Below are positions 16,681 to 27,006 of a stretch of DNA of 64,000 nucleotides, piece by piece. The position numbers were made by a program, and so were the translations under genes. This DNA is from the human T2T-CHM13v2.0 reference genome, Homo sapiens, in the NCBI RefSeq assembly GCF_009914755.1, contig NC_060932.1; one strand, 5' to 3'. How positions within the stretch are numbered: the first letter of the stretch is position 1; every line of letters starts with the position of its first letter. The notes below the pieces were generated by a model. That model was not told the DNA's origin, ran no database searches, and worked only from the letters and a program-made list of their open reading frames with translations.

Positions 16681-16756
16681 GGTGAAAGAATCCTGAAATT
16701 TGTTTTATCAAAAAGCCAGTACCAATTATTAACCTGAAATATTTTTGTTTAGTTCC

Positions 16757-18657
16757 TTTTTTAAATTTTTTTTGTTTTTTGCTTTTTTGGTACATGAGTC
16801 AAAAGTTCTATTTGAATCTTTCAAGCCTACCAGTATATGTGAGAATAACTTATATTATCCAAATGATGCATTCTGGGGATAGAACACAAAGTAACTTAAA
16901 AATGCAGAGAAATTAGGTCACTTCAGTTGTACATAACTGATGAATGCTAATCAAGCAGGAGATGGTCTTGGGGACACAACTAACCAGGCATAGTAAAGCT
17001 GCTTTTGGGAAATGCAAGAGTCTAAGCCTGAATGCTTCAAATCTAGACAAAGGATGGTTCTAAAATTTTAAGTACTAAAAGTTTTCACATAGTTTTTAAT
17101 AGAGTGTAATTAATACCCTGATATTTACATTCAGAAGTCAATAAAGATCACAAATTTAAGAACAATTGTATTAGGAAGTTCTGGTTCAAGTCATATGAAA
17201 GAAAACCTACATTGGGTAGTGCAAGTTTTGCATTGACAGTGACCATGTGCAAAGACTTATGGTAAAGTCTTCTTTACCATAGCAGAAGGTCTTCTGCTAC
17301 TTCTACTTCAACCACATGCTGCTTTTAGATGTCATGGCGAAGTTCTTTCATCAGTTCTGGTCTCTATCCATAAGGAACACTATAGGTTCTATTACTGCTA
17401 AGCATTAGTTATAAAATTTGTTGGAATATCACCATGAGAGTGAAGTGTTGGAAAACCTTCCCATCGCATAAGTGTTTGAAGGACATTAGTCTGGAGATCT
17501 AATAAGTCTGAACCTTCTCATTTTCAAGAGCAGCATATAGGAATACCCATCCTCTAGTCTCCTGTAGATATACACAATTGCAAGGTTACATTTATCTAAG
17601 ATTGTAACACACCTTTAATCTGTGGACTCCTAGCTCCACTCATTTTATAGAGTAAAAGTTTTAGACTAGTTTTCCAGTTTTGAAGAGGAGCAGACACAAT
17701 GCAGCTATTTGGTTGAAAACAGATTTTTTTTTTTTTTTCAGAATTCAAAGGAGTCAAACAACTCTGAAGTATGGAACTACCTCCAGCAAGTGGACTGTCA
17801 ACCCAGTCCAGAGACCCAACACTCTTTGATCCTTCACAATTTGTGGAAAGCAGTCTACTGCTTCTGACACATGAGCCTCTAACTCCACCTTAGAGGAGAA
17901 GATGAGGGCGGGCTCCAAGTCAGCATCATTCTCTTCACGCTGTGTCAAAGAGAAAAGAGGAAGTCTGGGCCTTCCCACCAGTCAGATAGTCATTAAGAAC
18001 GTTTTAAAGTTTAGAGAAGTAATCTCAAGATCCATTCTTGATTTTCTCCAGGTAAGCTAGAAGAGAACCAGTGAAGACTGGGAGAGCATCTAAAACAGAG
18101 AATGATGACCCATGGTAAAGTTTCAGGAATGCTTCTTGTTAATAAATAGTTCAAAACACATGGAAGATCCCCCTGCAGGATGGTTCCAGCAAGTTCTGCC
18201 CAATCAACCTGATTTTGATGGGGACTATGTGGTGGGTAACAATGGAGGCTACCATGCTGGGAAGACAACTAGACATGACGGCATGTCATTGGGAAATGTG
18301 CCCCAGGTCATCCATGTATGGCAAACAAACTTGCTAGGTGCTACAGAGAAAACAGTGCAGGCAGGACATGCCATTCTTCCACAAGTCTCGGGGCCTATGG
18401 CCAGTCACACCCAGAGCCCCATGGCTCACTGCCTTGTTTGCCCTCAGAAAAAATCTAGGGACATGGCGAGGTCGAGGCTGAGTGCCGCAGTCATCCTGGC
18501 ACAGAGTAATCACTGGACACCACTCACCCAGATGTCCTCTCCCTTGTAGCCATTGCCCACTGGTGGCCACCCCTGTCCATATTGGATCAAGCCAGGGAGA
18601 ACTGTGACACTAGCCTGAACTCCCAGGCCTCCAACAGAGGGGCAGATCAGGCTGGAT
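16757..18657 (-). pseudogene. SLC25A43: Processed pseudogene (retrocopy) of mitochondrial carrier SLC25A43. CDS remnant 18553->17645, 3'UTR and poly-A remnant 16757-16788
   Basis: Minus-strand translation follows SLC25A43 from start to stop without introns: MAT..VSGVQ*LLCARMTAALSLDLAMSLD (parent TGGQRLLCAGLAGTLSLSLTAPLE), DLWKNGMSCLHCFLCS (ALWKGNAVACLRLFPCS), DDLGHISQ* (DDLGHISQW), AVDCFPQIVKDQRVLGLWTGLTVHLLEVVPYF (AVDCFRQIVKAQGVLGLWNGLTANLLKIVPYF), FKTGKL..TL* (FKTRKLKPKKPTL*). Many frameshifts and stops. The T-rich tract at 16757-16788 is the poly-A remnant. The parent sequence is recalled from memory, not searched. Confidence 0.92.
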
Positions 18658-19880
18658 CTGATCAATCTTATACCAATTTATAACTTTTGTTGCTTTTTTT
18701 GTTGTTGACATGAATAATGTCTTTGTGTATTTAGGATCTGAGTATTTAGTCAAATATGCAATGTAAATATTTTATCTCATTCATTGGCTAGCCTATTCAT
18801 TTGCTAATATGACATCAGCAGATATTTCAGTTTTGATGCTTTCCAGCTGATCAACTTTTCTTCTTTAATTGTTAGTCCTTTTGTGAGACTAAGAAAACTA
18901 TGTCTACCCAAAGTGCACAAACATATTTGGCTGTTTTCTTATAGAAACTCTATAGTTTTCAATTCATACAAGTCTTTGCATGGCTTCTAAATTTTTGCCT
19001 TTGAAGTAAATTAGAGGATAAGGTTCTCTAACTTTTATATACAGATATCCAGGTGTTCCAAAACTATTTCTTAAAATGATGCCCCTTTTACTGTTGAATT
19101 GCCTTAGTAAATTTTATAAAATTCATATATATGTTTGAGTCTATTTCTTCATACTATATTCTGTTCTATTGTTCTGTTTTCCTTCCTTGTCCTAATAAAA
19201 ATTATCTTTATTACTCTAGCTTTATAGGAAATCTTGAAATCATGTAGTCTGAGTCCTTTAACTTATTTTAAGACAATTTTGGCTGTTCTACATCATTTGC
19301 ATTTCAACAATTTTAAAAAAATCAACATGTCAGTTTCCACAAAGAAGCTTGCTGGGTTTCTGAATTTCTAATTTCTTTATTTTTGGAGACAAGCTCCCGC
19401 TATGTTGCTCAGGATGGAGTGCAATGGCATGATCGTCATTCACTGCTGCCCCAAACTTCTGGACTCAAGCCATCTTCCTGCTTTAGCCTCCTGAGTAGTT
19501 AGAACTATAGGTATGCACCACCTTGCCTGGCTAATTTTTTTATTTTTTATAGAGACAGGGGTCTTGCTATGTTGCCCAGGCTGGTTTCAAACTCCTGGAC
19601 CCAAGCGATCCTCCTACCTCAAACTCCCAAACTGGTAGGATTATAGGAATGAGCTACTGAGCCCGGCTACTTGCTGAGTTTTGAATGAAGTTATGTTCAA
19701 TCATTTTGAGAGTAAATAGACAACACTATTGAATGTCCCAATCCATAATCATTGTGTTTATTAAGTTCTTTATTAATTTCTTTTAGCATTTTTTTGCCCT
19801 GTTGCACTTGCTGATGCAATACTAGTATAATGTTGTGAGTGGGAACTTGCTTGCCTTTTTTCCAGTTCTTAGAAGAAAAA
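18658..19880 (-). mobile_element. Old L1M continuation (ORF2 3' part)
   Basis: Antisense L1 motifs (gatatccaggtgttccaaaactattt, ttttggctgttctacatcatttgcattt). Interrupted by an Alu. Confidence 0.75.
19365..19668 (-). mobile_element. AluJ SINE
   Basis: gtcttgctatgttgcccaggctggtttcaaactcctgg. TSD approximately cttgctg(g/a)gttt on both sides. Confidence 0.92.
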
Positions 19881-20534
19881 TGTTTCTATAGAGTAGAAAG
19901 ATATATAAGCAATGACATAGAGTCCATTTTGGCCCAAAAGGAGGAAATGTAGAACAAGTCTATCATCATCCATAAAAATCTTTCTCCATGTCCCCCAGCA
20001 TGTCAAAATTACCCAAGTTTGTTTGCAGCCTACTGCAAAGAAACAAACAAACAAACAAAACAACCAAACAAACAACAAAAAAGCAGTGCATCATTTTTTT
20101 TTCTGAGAGAAACTTAGAAACATTTTATAGGTAAGCCTGAATTGTAACATTAGCAGCACCAGTAATAGTGTCATATTTACAATGAAATCCTTCCTGGATA
20201 GAACCCTCTACTAGACATTGAGTGCAGATACCAATCAAAAAGAGCACATGAAATCTCCATTCTTAGTATTTCCAGTATGTATATGTGGGGGTGCATCGCA
20301 TACCTAAATTGTTCTGCAAAGAATATCCAGAAACTTAAGTTTATTTCCAAAACTGAATTGTGTCTTAATCCTTTAGACAATATCGGAGAAAGAAGCATAT
20401 GTTCCTTGAAAGCCACAAAGCCTTTATCTAGGTCTCTGCCCAAATTTAAGGTCCAACATTCTGAAAATTACACTTGCCTATCTCTTTATCATAGTTTTCT
20501 TCCCTTGTTTCTTTAGTATCAATATAGTCACTAT

Positions 20535-20830
20535 AAATACATTTCTGTGGTTGCCATATGAAAGTACCACAAACTGCGTTGAAGTTTGTTGACAGACACT
20601 TTGATTTTTGACTTCTGGACTCCAGAACTAGGAAAGAATTATTCTTTGTCTCTTCTAGCTCCTGGTATTTTACAGTAACTCTTGGCTTGTAGATGCATTA
20701 CTCCAATTTCTGCCTCTGTTGTAATGTGGTCATTTCTCTCCTTGTGTGTTTTTGGGTCTGTCTCTCTTCTTCTCATAAGGACACCACTCATATGAGATTA
20801 AGAGCCAATCTTACTCCAATGCAACCCTAT
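20535..20830 (-). mobile_element. MLT1 (B/C-like) MaLR LTR fragment with an internal inversion
   Basis: gttgccatatgaaagtaccacaaactg ... tctcttcttctcataaggacaccactcatatgagattaagagcc. Confidence 0.8.
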
Positions 20831-20979
20831 GCTTTTAACATACCTTTTATATTTTTTTTGGCAGACTCAGTTAAACACATAACAATATCTTTAAAAAACT
20901 GGACAGAAATAAAACACAGGATGTTATCATAGAGAACTACAAGAATATCATAGAGAACTACAAGAACTACAAGAATACA

Positions 20980-21240
20980 AGGCATAGAGCAGGCTATGGA
21001 ATCAAGCTGCCTTCATTCACAAGTTAGCCTTGTTGCTTAACTGCAGTATTACCTTGGGTAAGTCACCCGTTTGCCTCATTGCCTCACCTTTAAAGGTGAA
21101 GATAACATTATCTATTATCGAATAACTGATAAATAACAGTCCTGTAGGACTATTGTGGATAAAATAAAATAGCAAATTTATATAAAATTGCACAGAGTAG
21201 TGTGTGGCATATAATAAATGTTATAGTGTTGTTTATTATT
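20980..21240 (+). mobile_element. MIR SINE
   Basis: Core accttgggtaagtcac...ctcacctttaaaggtgaagataa and 3' tgtggcatataataaatg. Confidence 0.7.
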
Positions 21241-24049
21241 TAAGGGATTAAATTTAGAGAAACTCTTTACCTTTGATTTCTGCCCTCTGAAAAGTTACTT
21301 TTGTATACTTATAAACAATGGCAGTTAAAATCATATAAGCTGTTTATAGAACATATGTATTAATATATTAAATCAAAAATATAGATTTTCATTTGCCATC
21401 CTAAACTTTTTGCTAAATGAATTCAATATATTCATTTGGAACTTGTATCTTAGTGAAGTCTAAAGTGTAAAGTGTTAACAGTTAATAAAATATACATACT
21501 TCTCTGCAATCAAATATGTCACAACTATTTTCTTTTCCTATTTTTTTAATGAAGCAAAATTCACAAGTCTAAATATATCCAATTAAATGTAGATTTGTTG
21601 TTACAGTGTCAAGGAAAAGATAAACTTTATGTGTTTTTCTAAGGTCAATATATGAAATGTTTATGAAATTTTAGATTCAAAATAACACCTTCTATTTCCC
21701 ATTAAGTGACAGATTGTCATATGGTAACACAATTGTCACTAGTCTACTTTACCTTAGAGTGGGTTGCTACTGGGAATTTGGAATCTGGCAGCAACAGAAC
21801 ATGTTGTTTAATATTCATGCTCTTTACCTTCCCACACTGAAATTTTATCTTTACATGACTCTAAATAATGGTAAATATTCAGTAAAAATGAAAAAGGATA
21901 GTGTGAAAGGAATTGCAATAATCCATTGATAGTCACAATGCTGTATTTTATCAGTGGTAATACATGACCCTAAATTTTGAAGGTGAGAGAAAAGTGCATA
22001 TCTGTTTTTCTTCTTCAAGCTCTTACACTTTAAAATCTTTAGGAAGTGCTTTTCTAGATAACATAAAGAATGCCACTCATATCCTTCTGCTTTTATACAA
22101 AATTCAGTTCTGCATTTTATTAACACAGAAGTACAAAGTGAACTCCATACTTTATATATTTGCAAAGTCATTTTAAATTGTTAACTCTAAAACCCCTAAT
22201 GCTTTGGTAGTGGTGATATTTATATACAGTGTGGCAATTGATTTAGTAGTTTTCAACTGAAAGTGTAGTGTTAGGATTGTAATTATGAAGGTATGAAATT
22301 ATGCAATATCTAAGCTAAAGCCTGAAAATGCCAGAAAAATATCATAAAGGAATGTCTCACTTCTTTATTGTTTGTAAGTCTCAAAGAAAAATAAACTTTG
22401 GAAATCTGAAGAAAAAGGTAAATAGCTCATTCGTGAAAAAAAAAAGACTGTAAGATGTGAGTTAATGATTATGATCTAGGCAAACATTAAGGAAAATCTG
22501 AAGACAAAATATAAACCAGAAATCAAGAAATTCTGATGTACCTCCAAGCATTAAGAATCACCAAACTGTCCCCAGAAGCATGACAACTCTCTGAAATGCC
22601 ATAAACCACCACAAAATTAAGCAACATATTCTTAGGAGGAACATCCAACTAAATCAACTCTGAGAATTGGGGAATTTCCATTCTGTTTTGCTATTACCTG
22701 TTATGCGTTACTTAGGGTAGCCCACCTGTTTGTAACAGATGCCTAATCCCATCACAGAGAATGGTGTGTTCTACAGTCATCTGCAATGGGACCAAGGGAA
22801 CGAAACAGTGACCTGGCTTGTTAGAAGAGGATTATTGTTCATGGCAAATCATTGAAATAGGAAGGCAACTTTGATTTGTTCTCAGCGGCATATTTCAGAA
22901 CATGACTAATACCATCCTGTCCATCTCCTTTGGTGATGTATGGACTCTGAATTTGGGTGCATCTTTTAAAGGTATGTGTTAACCAATCTTACTCTAATTC
23001 AATAGATATAGGGAATAGTGAAGCTATTTTGTGTGCCAGATCCAGAATTACTGGTGAAACACTCCGGCTGTGTTTGACATGAAGAAACAATATTCCACAT
23101 AAGCTCATTCTGTTCATGGGAAAAATGCTTTCATGACTCTCTTCACTGTGTAAGATGCTTTTATGAAAATTACTAATATTGACTCACTAGAAAAGGATAC
23201 AAAAAGCCATTTGCTTAAGCATTTTGGCAATGTGCCCATGAAACAATTTGAAGAATATTATTAAATCCTTCCATTTTACTTCTTATTGCATTACAATTCA
23301 AAAATATATACATGTGCTCCCTGCTGGTTTATCAAGAATATGTGTTTATAACCATTTTATAGACAGTTGTTTAAAAGTCTGAATAGAACACCTAGGGAGG
23401 GATTACAATTCAAAATATTTTGAACTTTTCTATTAAATTACCATGTGCCTTAAAATCGCCCTTAAAAGAGACAGGATGAATAGACCAAAGTAAACTATGT
23501 TAGGAAACATGAGGTATGGCATGTGATAGAATCCGTAATACAGCAGGGAGAGAAAAGAAAGATTACATGATAGAGTTACTGAAAGATCAAAAGGTTCTGA
23601 AGTTTCAAAGATTAACATTAAAAGGCCATGTGTCCAACAACAACAACAACAAATTATAAACACCTACTATAAGACTATAAATAGCCTAGAAACTGGGTGA
23701 AAACATATGCAAGCATCAGTTTCTCCTGACCTCCTAATGCTTGCAGTCTAGTTAGGAAGGTCAATGTAAACAGCTGTCTTTAAGAGAATTACACATTTTA
23801 TTATGCATTGTTGCTGAGGAAATAAGAATTTGTTTTCAATATTATAAGTTCAGAAGATTTACTTACTGTGGAGCCATTTTTAAAAACAACTTTGATTTTA
23901 TTTAATATGTTTCTTAAATACATAGGTATAATGGAAATGTAATAGAACTATTACATCCATGAGACTTTAGCCATCTACTGAAAAGGACAATTTTAAATAT
24001 ATCTTTATTTTTTAAAATCTCAGCATGACAACTTTTTATTGTGGTATAC

Positions 24050-24115
24050 TTTTCCCATCAGCAACTGTGCCTGACACACAGTAGATACTGTGTGTACTAC
24101 TTGTTGAATGAATTT
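24050..24115 (+). mobile_element. L2 3' end
   Basis: actgtgcctgacacacagtagatac...ttgttgaatgaat. Confidence 0.65.
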
Positions 24116-24188
24116 GTAATTTTCATATTCCAGAAAATAAAAGTGATAGCAAAAATAAAAGTGATGGCAAATAAAATTATAATAGTAT

Positions 24189-25053
24189 TGATAGCAACGG
24201 GAGCCAGCCAAATGCCTATGCAGATGGGGTGGGTACCCGGTGAAGCCCCACCTCCAATCCGAAGACAATTTAAAGCCTGAAAGCCAAGCTACAAGTTAAA
24301 TCCTTGGACTGGATTGAGAACTTGTCTTCCTATTTGGTACACTTTCCTCTGATAGATCCCTACCCTTCCCCTGTTTTACATATACCTACCCTTTTCTAAT
24401 TGTTTTTCTACACTGTCATGCCCACCTTTGAGTGTTGTCTTTGCTTCAACCTTTTTTGCATACTCACAAACCTATCAGCACATACTCTCCATCTTGTGCC
24501 TATAAAGTCCCCACACTCAGTTGATAGAGGGGGAGATGGAGATGGCCTAACTTCAGGGAAGACAACCTGCCCTTCCCATCCCCTCCCCAGCTCCCCTCTC
24601 TGCTGAGAGCTGTTTTCATTGCTCATTAAAATTCTCCACCTTCACCATCGTTCAACCGTCCACGTGAGCTCATTCTTCTTGGAGGCCAGACAAGGGCTCA
24701 GGACCCTCTGAGTGTGGGTACCCAGAAAGGCTGTCACACCAGCCCTTTGCCCTCGCTGGCAGAGGGCAGCTAGCCCACATCATGAGGCAAGGGGCCAACC
24801 AAGCTGCTAACACACCACTGTGTGTGGAAAGTGGAACTAAAGGAGCACTGTAATACCCCCTCTCAGGCTTTGGGATCATGGGCACCCTCATATGGGTGCT
24901 GCTGTGTTGCCCTCAAGGTGACATGCCTGGTCTGGCCGTGGGCCACACAGGAACACTCACATGCTTCCTCCCACAAGGGGTTGAGCATGGTGGGTGTAGA
25001 TGGGGTGCCTCTGCCATGAGTCTGGCGAAGGGGCCAAGAAAAATCCTGCATCA
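24189..25053 (+). mobile_element. ERV1 solo LTR (LTR27/LTR28/LTR1 group)
   Basis: TG...CA termini (tgatagcaac...aatcctgcatca), perfect 4-bp TSD GTAT, TATA (cctataaag) and ATTAAA signal. Confidence 0.88.
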
Positions 25054-25159
25054 GTATCATTTACTTTTATCATGTCAAAAATGTAATTGTTACCTAATAA
25101 TTTTGCTCTTACAGACCATTTCCCCCTAAGTCTATTTGAAGGCCAAGTTTCAAGACAGT

Positions 25160-25570
25160 TAAACACCACATGTTCTCACTAATTCGTGGAAGCTAAAAAA
25201 TGTTGATTTCATAGATATAAAAAGTCCATCTATGGGAGGATTACAGAGGTTAGGAAGGGTAGGAAGAAGTGGGGACATCAGAAAAAAATTGTTAAAGGAT
25301 ACAAAATTGCAGCTAGTTAGGAGGAATAAATTCTGGTGTTCTACAGCACTGTAGGATGACTATAATTAACAAAAGTATATTATGTAGTTCCAAATAGCCA
25401 GAGCAGGATATTGGATGTTCCCAACACAAATAATTATAAATGTCTGAGATGATGGATATGCTAAGTAACCTCTGATCACACTGCACATTATATGTATCAA
25501 AACATCACTATGTACCCCATGAATATGTATAACTATTTATTTGTAAATTTCAAAAGATAAAATTTCAAAA
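25160..25570 (+). mobile_element. L1MA 3' end
   Basis: atgttctcactaattcgtggaagctaaaaaa...ttgttaaaggatacaaaattgcagctag...cactatgtaccccatgaatatgta. Confidence 0.85.
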
Positions 25571-26789
25571 GGTGAAATTAAGCTTTCATTTAGCTTTGAA
25601 GGTCTCTCTCTTTCTCTCACTCCTGCCAGCTCCTTCACCTAACTGATCTGTTTACCCCAGCACAAGAACAGCAAAATAAAGGGAAGTCGATGGCTAATAC
25701 AGTAATTCTGTGCTGCTACTTAGGTTACAAGTGAATAACAAGAGACATTTCTACAAGTCAAATGTGAAAACCATCTATAAAGCTGACTTGATTGTGGTAG
25801 CTTGCTTTTTGATCTATAGCCTGACATGGGTATAATGTAACAAATTAGGAGGTTAACAGGAACCTAAACTAATAATCCCAGATATTGGTTGATTTAAGCA
25901 TCCTTAACAATAAAAGTTAAAAATATATGCTGCTACTGCATATTTTTAAAAATTTAGTGGGCCATTATTTTCAAAAGCTCAAAGATCATGAATTTAGAGA
26001 GGAGAAAATTCAGAGAGGTTAAGTGAATCTGTGAATTCAAATAGTTAATTAGCAGAAGAATTAGTTTTGGATTTAAATCTCCTAATATGACAACAGTGAT
26101 CCTTGAATCATTAGATTTCAAAGTGGAAGCCAGTGATATTAAATGGCAAAAGCTACACTCCAGGAAATGCATTTGCTTTGAATAGGCTAAAGGAAAAACA
26201 TTACTCATGAACATTCATTTGAATGTAAGTATCCACAGCAGCAAAAGTTACTTTAGGTTCCCAGGAAACAGGAAAGGGAATACAATTAAACATTTTCTGA
26301 GTCTACATGTGAAATTCTCCTTTCTTGCTGTTTGTACCCATCCTGTGACCAGATATATTGAAGTATTTACATTGCAACAGCTGGACTCCTTTTGGAAGCA
26401 CATGAGCTTTCCGGTCAAGATTTCTCAGAGACTTACTGTAACCTTGTAACCTCATCTGGTCTTACCAATGAGTTTAATTTTGTGTTGTGGTTCTTCAGGC
26501 TGCTCTTCTTTCAAGCTGCTATTAACATTGTCTAGGGACTTAAAAAATAAGATGTTTATTTATTAGCATCATTATTTTTCAACTAATACACAGAATGTTC
26601 TTTTATCTGTTAGCTCTTTAGAATAAAAGAGCACAAAGTGCCCCCAAAGAAAATTTAGCTTGCTTTGGATGAAGCATAGTATTTTGAAATTGTCAGAGAC
26701 ATTCGAAAACATGGGATAGAAGGAAGATTGACGTAAGAGAATGGCAATGCTCTAAATAAAATATGAGTAAGTTAATTCACGCTGGCATA

Positions 26790-26965
26790 CGTGCATAACT
26801 CTGAGATCTTGTGGCACAGTTTCAGGTTCCGGACCATCACGGTAAAGCAAGTATTGGAACAGAGCAAGTCACACAAATTTTTTGTCTTCTCGATGCATAT
26901 AAAAGTTATGTTTGCACTATACTGTAGTCATTAAGTGTACAATAGCATTATGTCTGGAAAAAGCA

Positions 26966-27006
<41 letters not shown>

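Noticed and set aside
18112-18549. 145-aa + strand ORF
   Set aside because: Antisense shadow of the GC-richer SLC25A43 pseudogene.
20926-20981. Short repeat (atcatagagaactacaagaat)x2 plus partial units
   Set aside because: Ordinary slippage repeat with no unique spacers, so not CRISPR-like.
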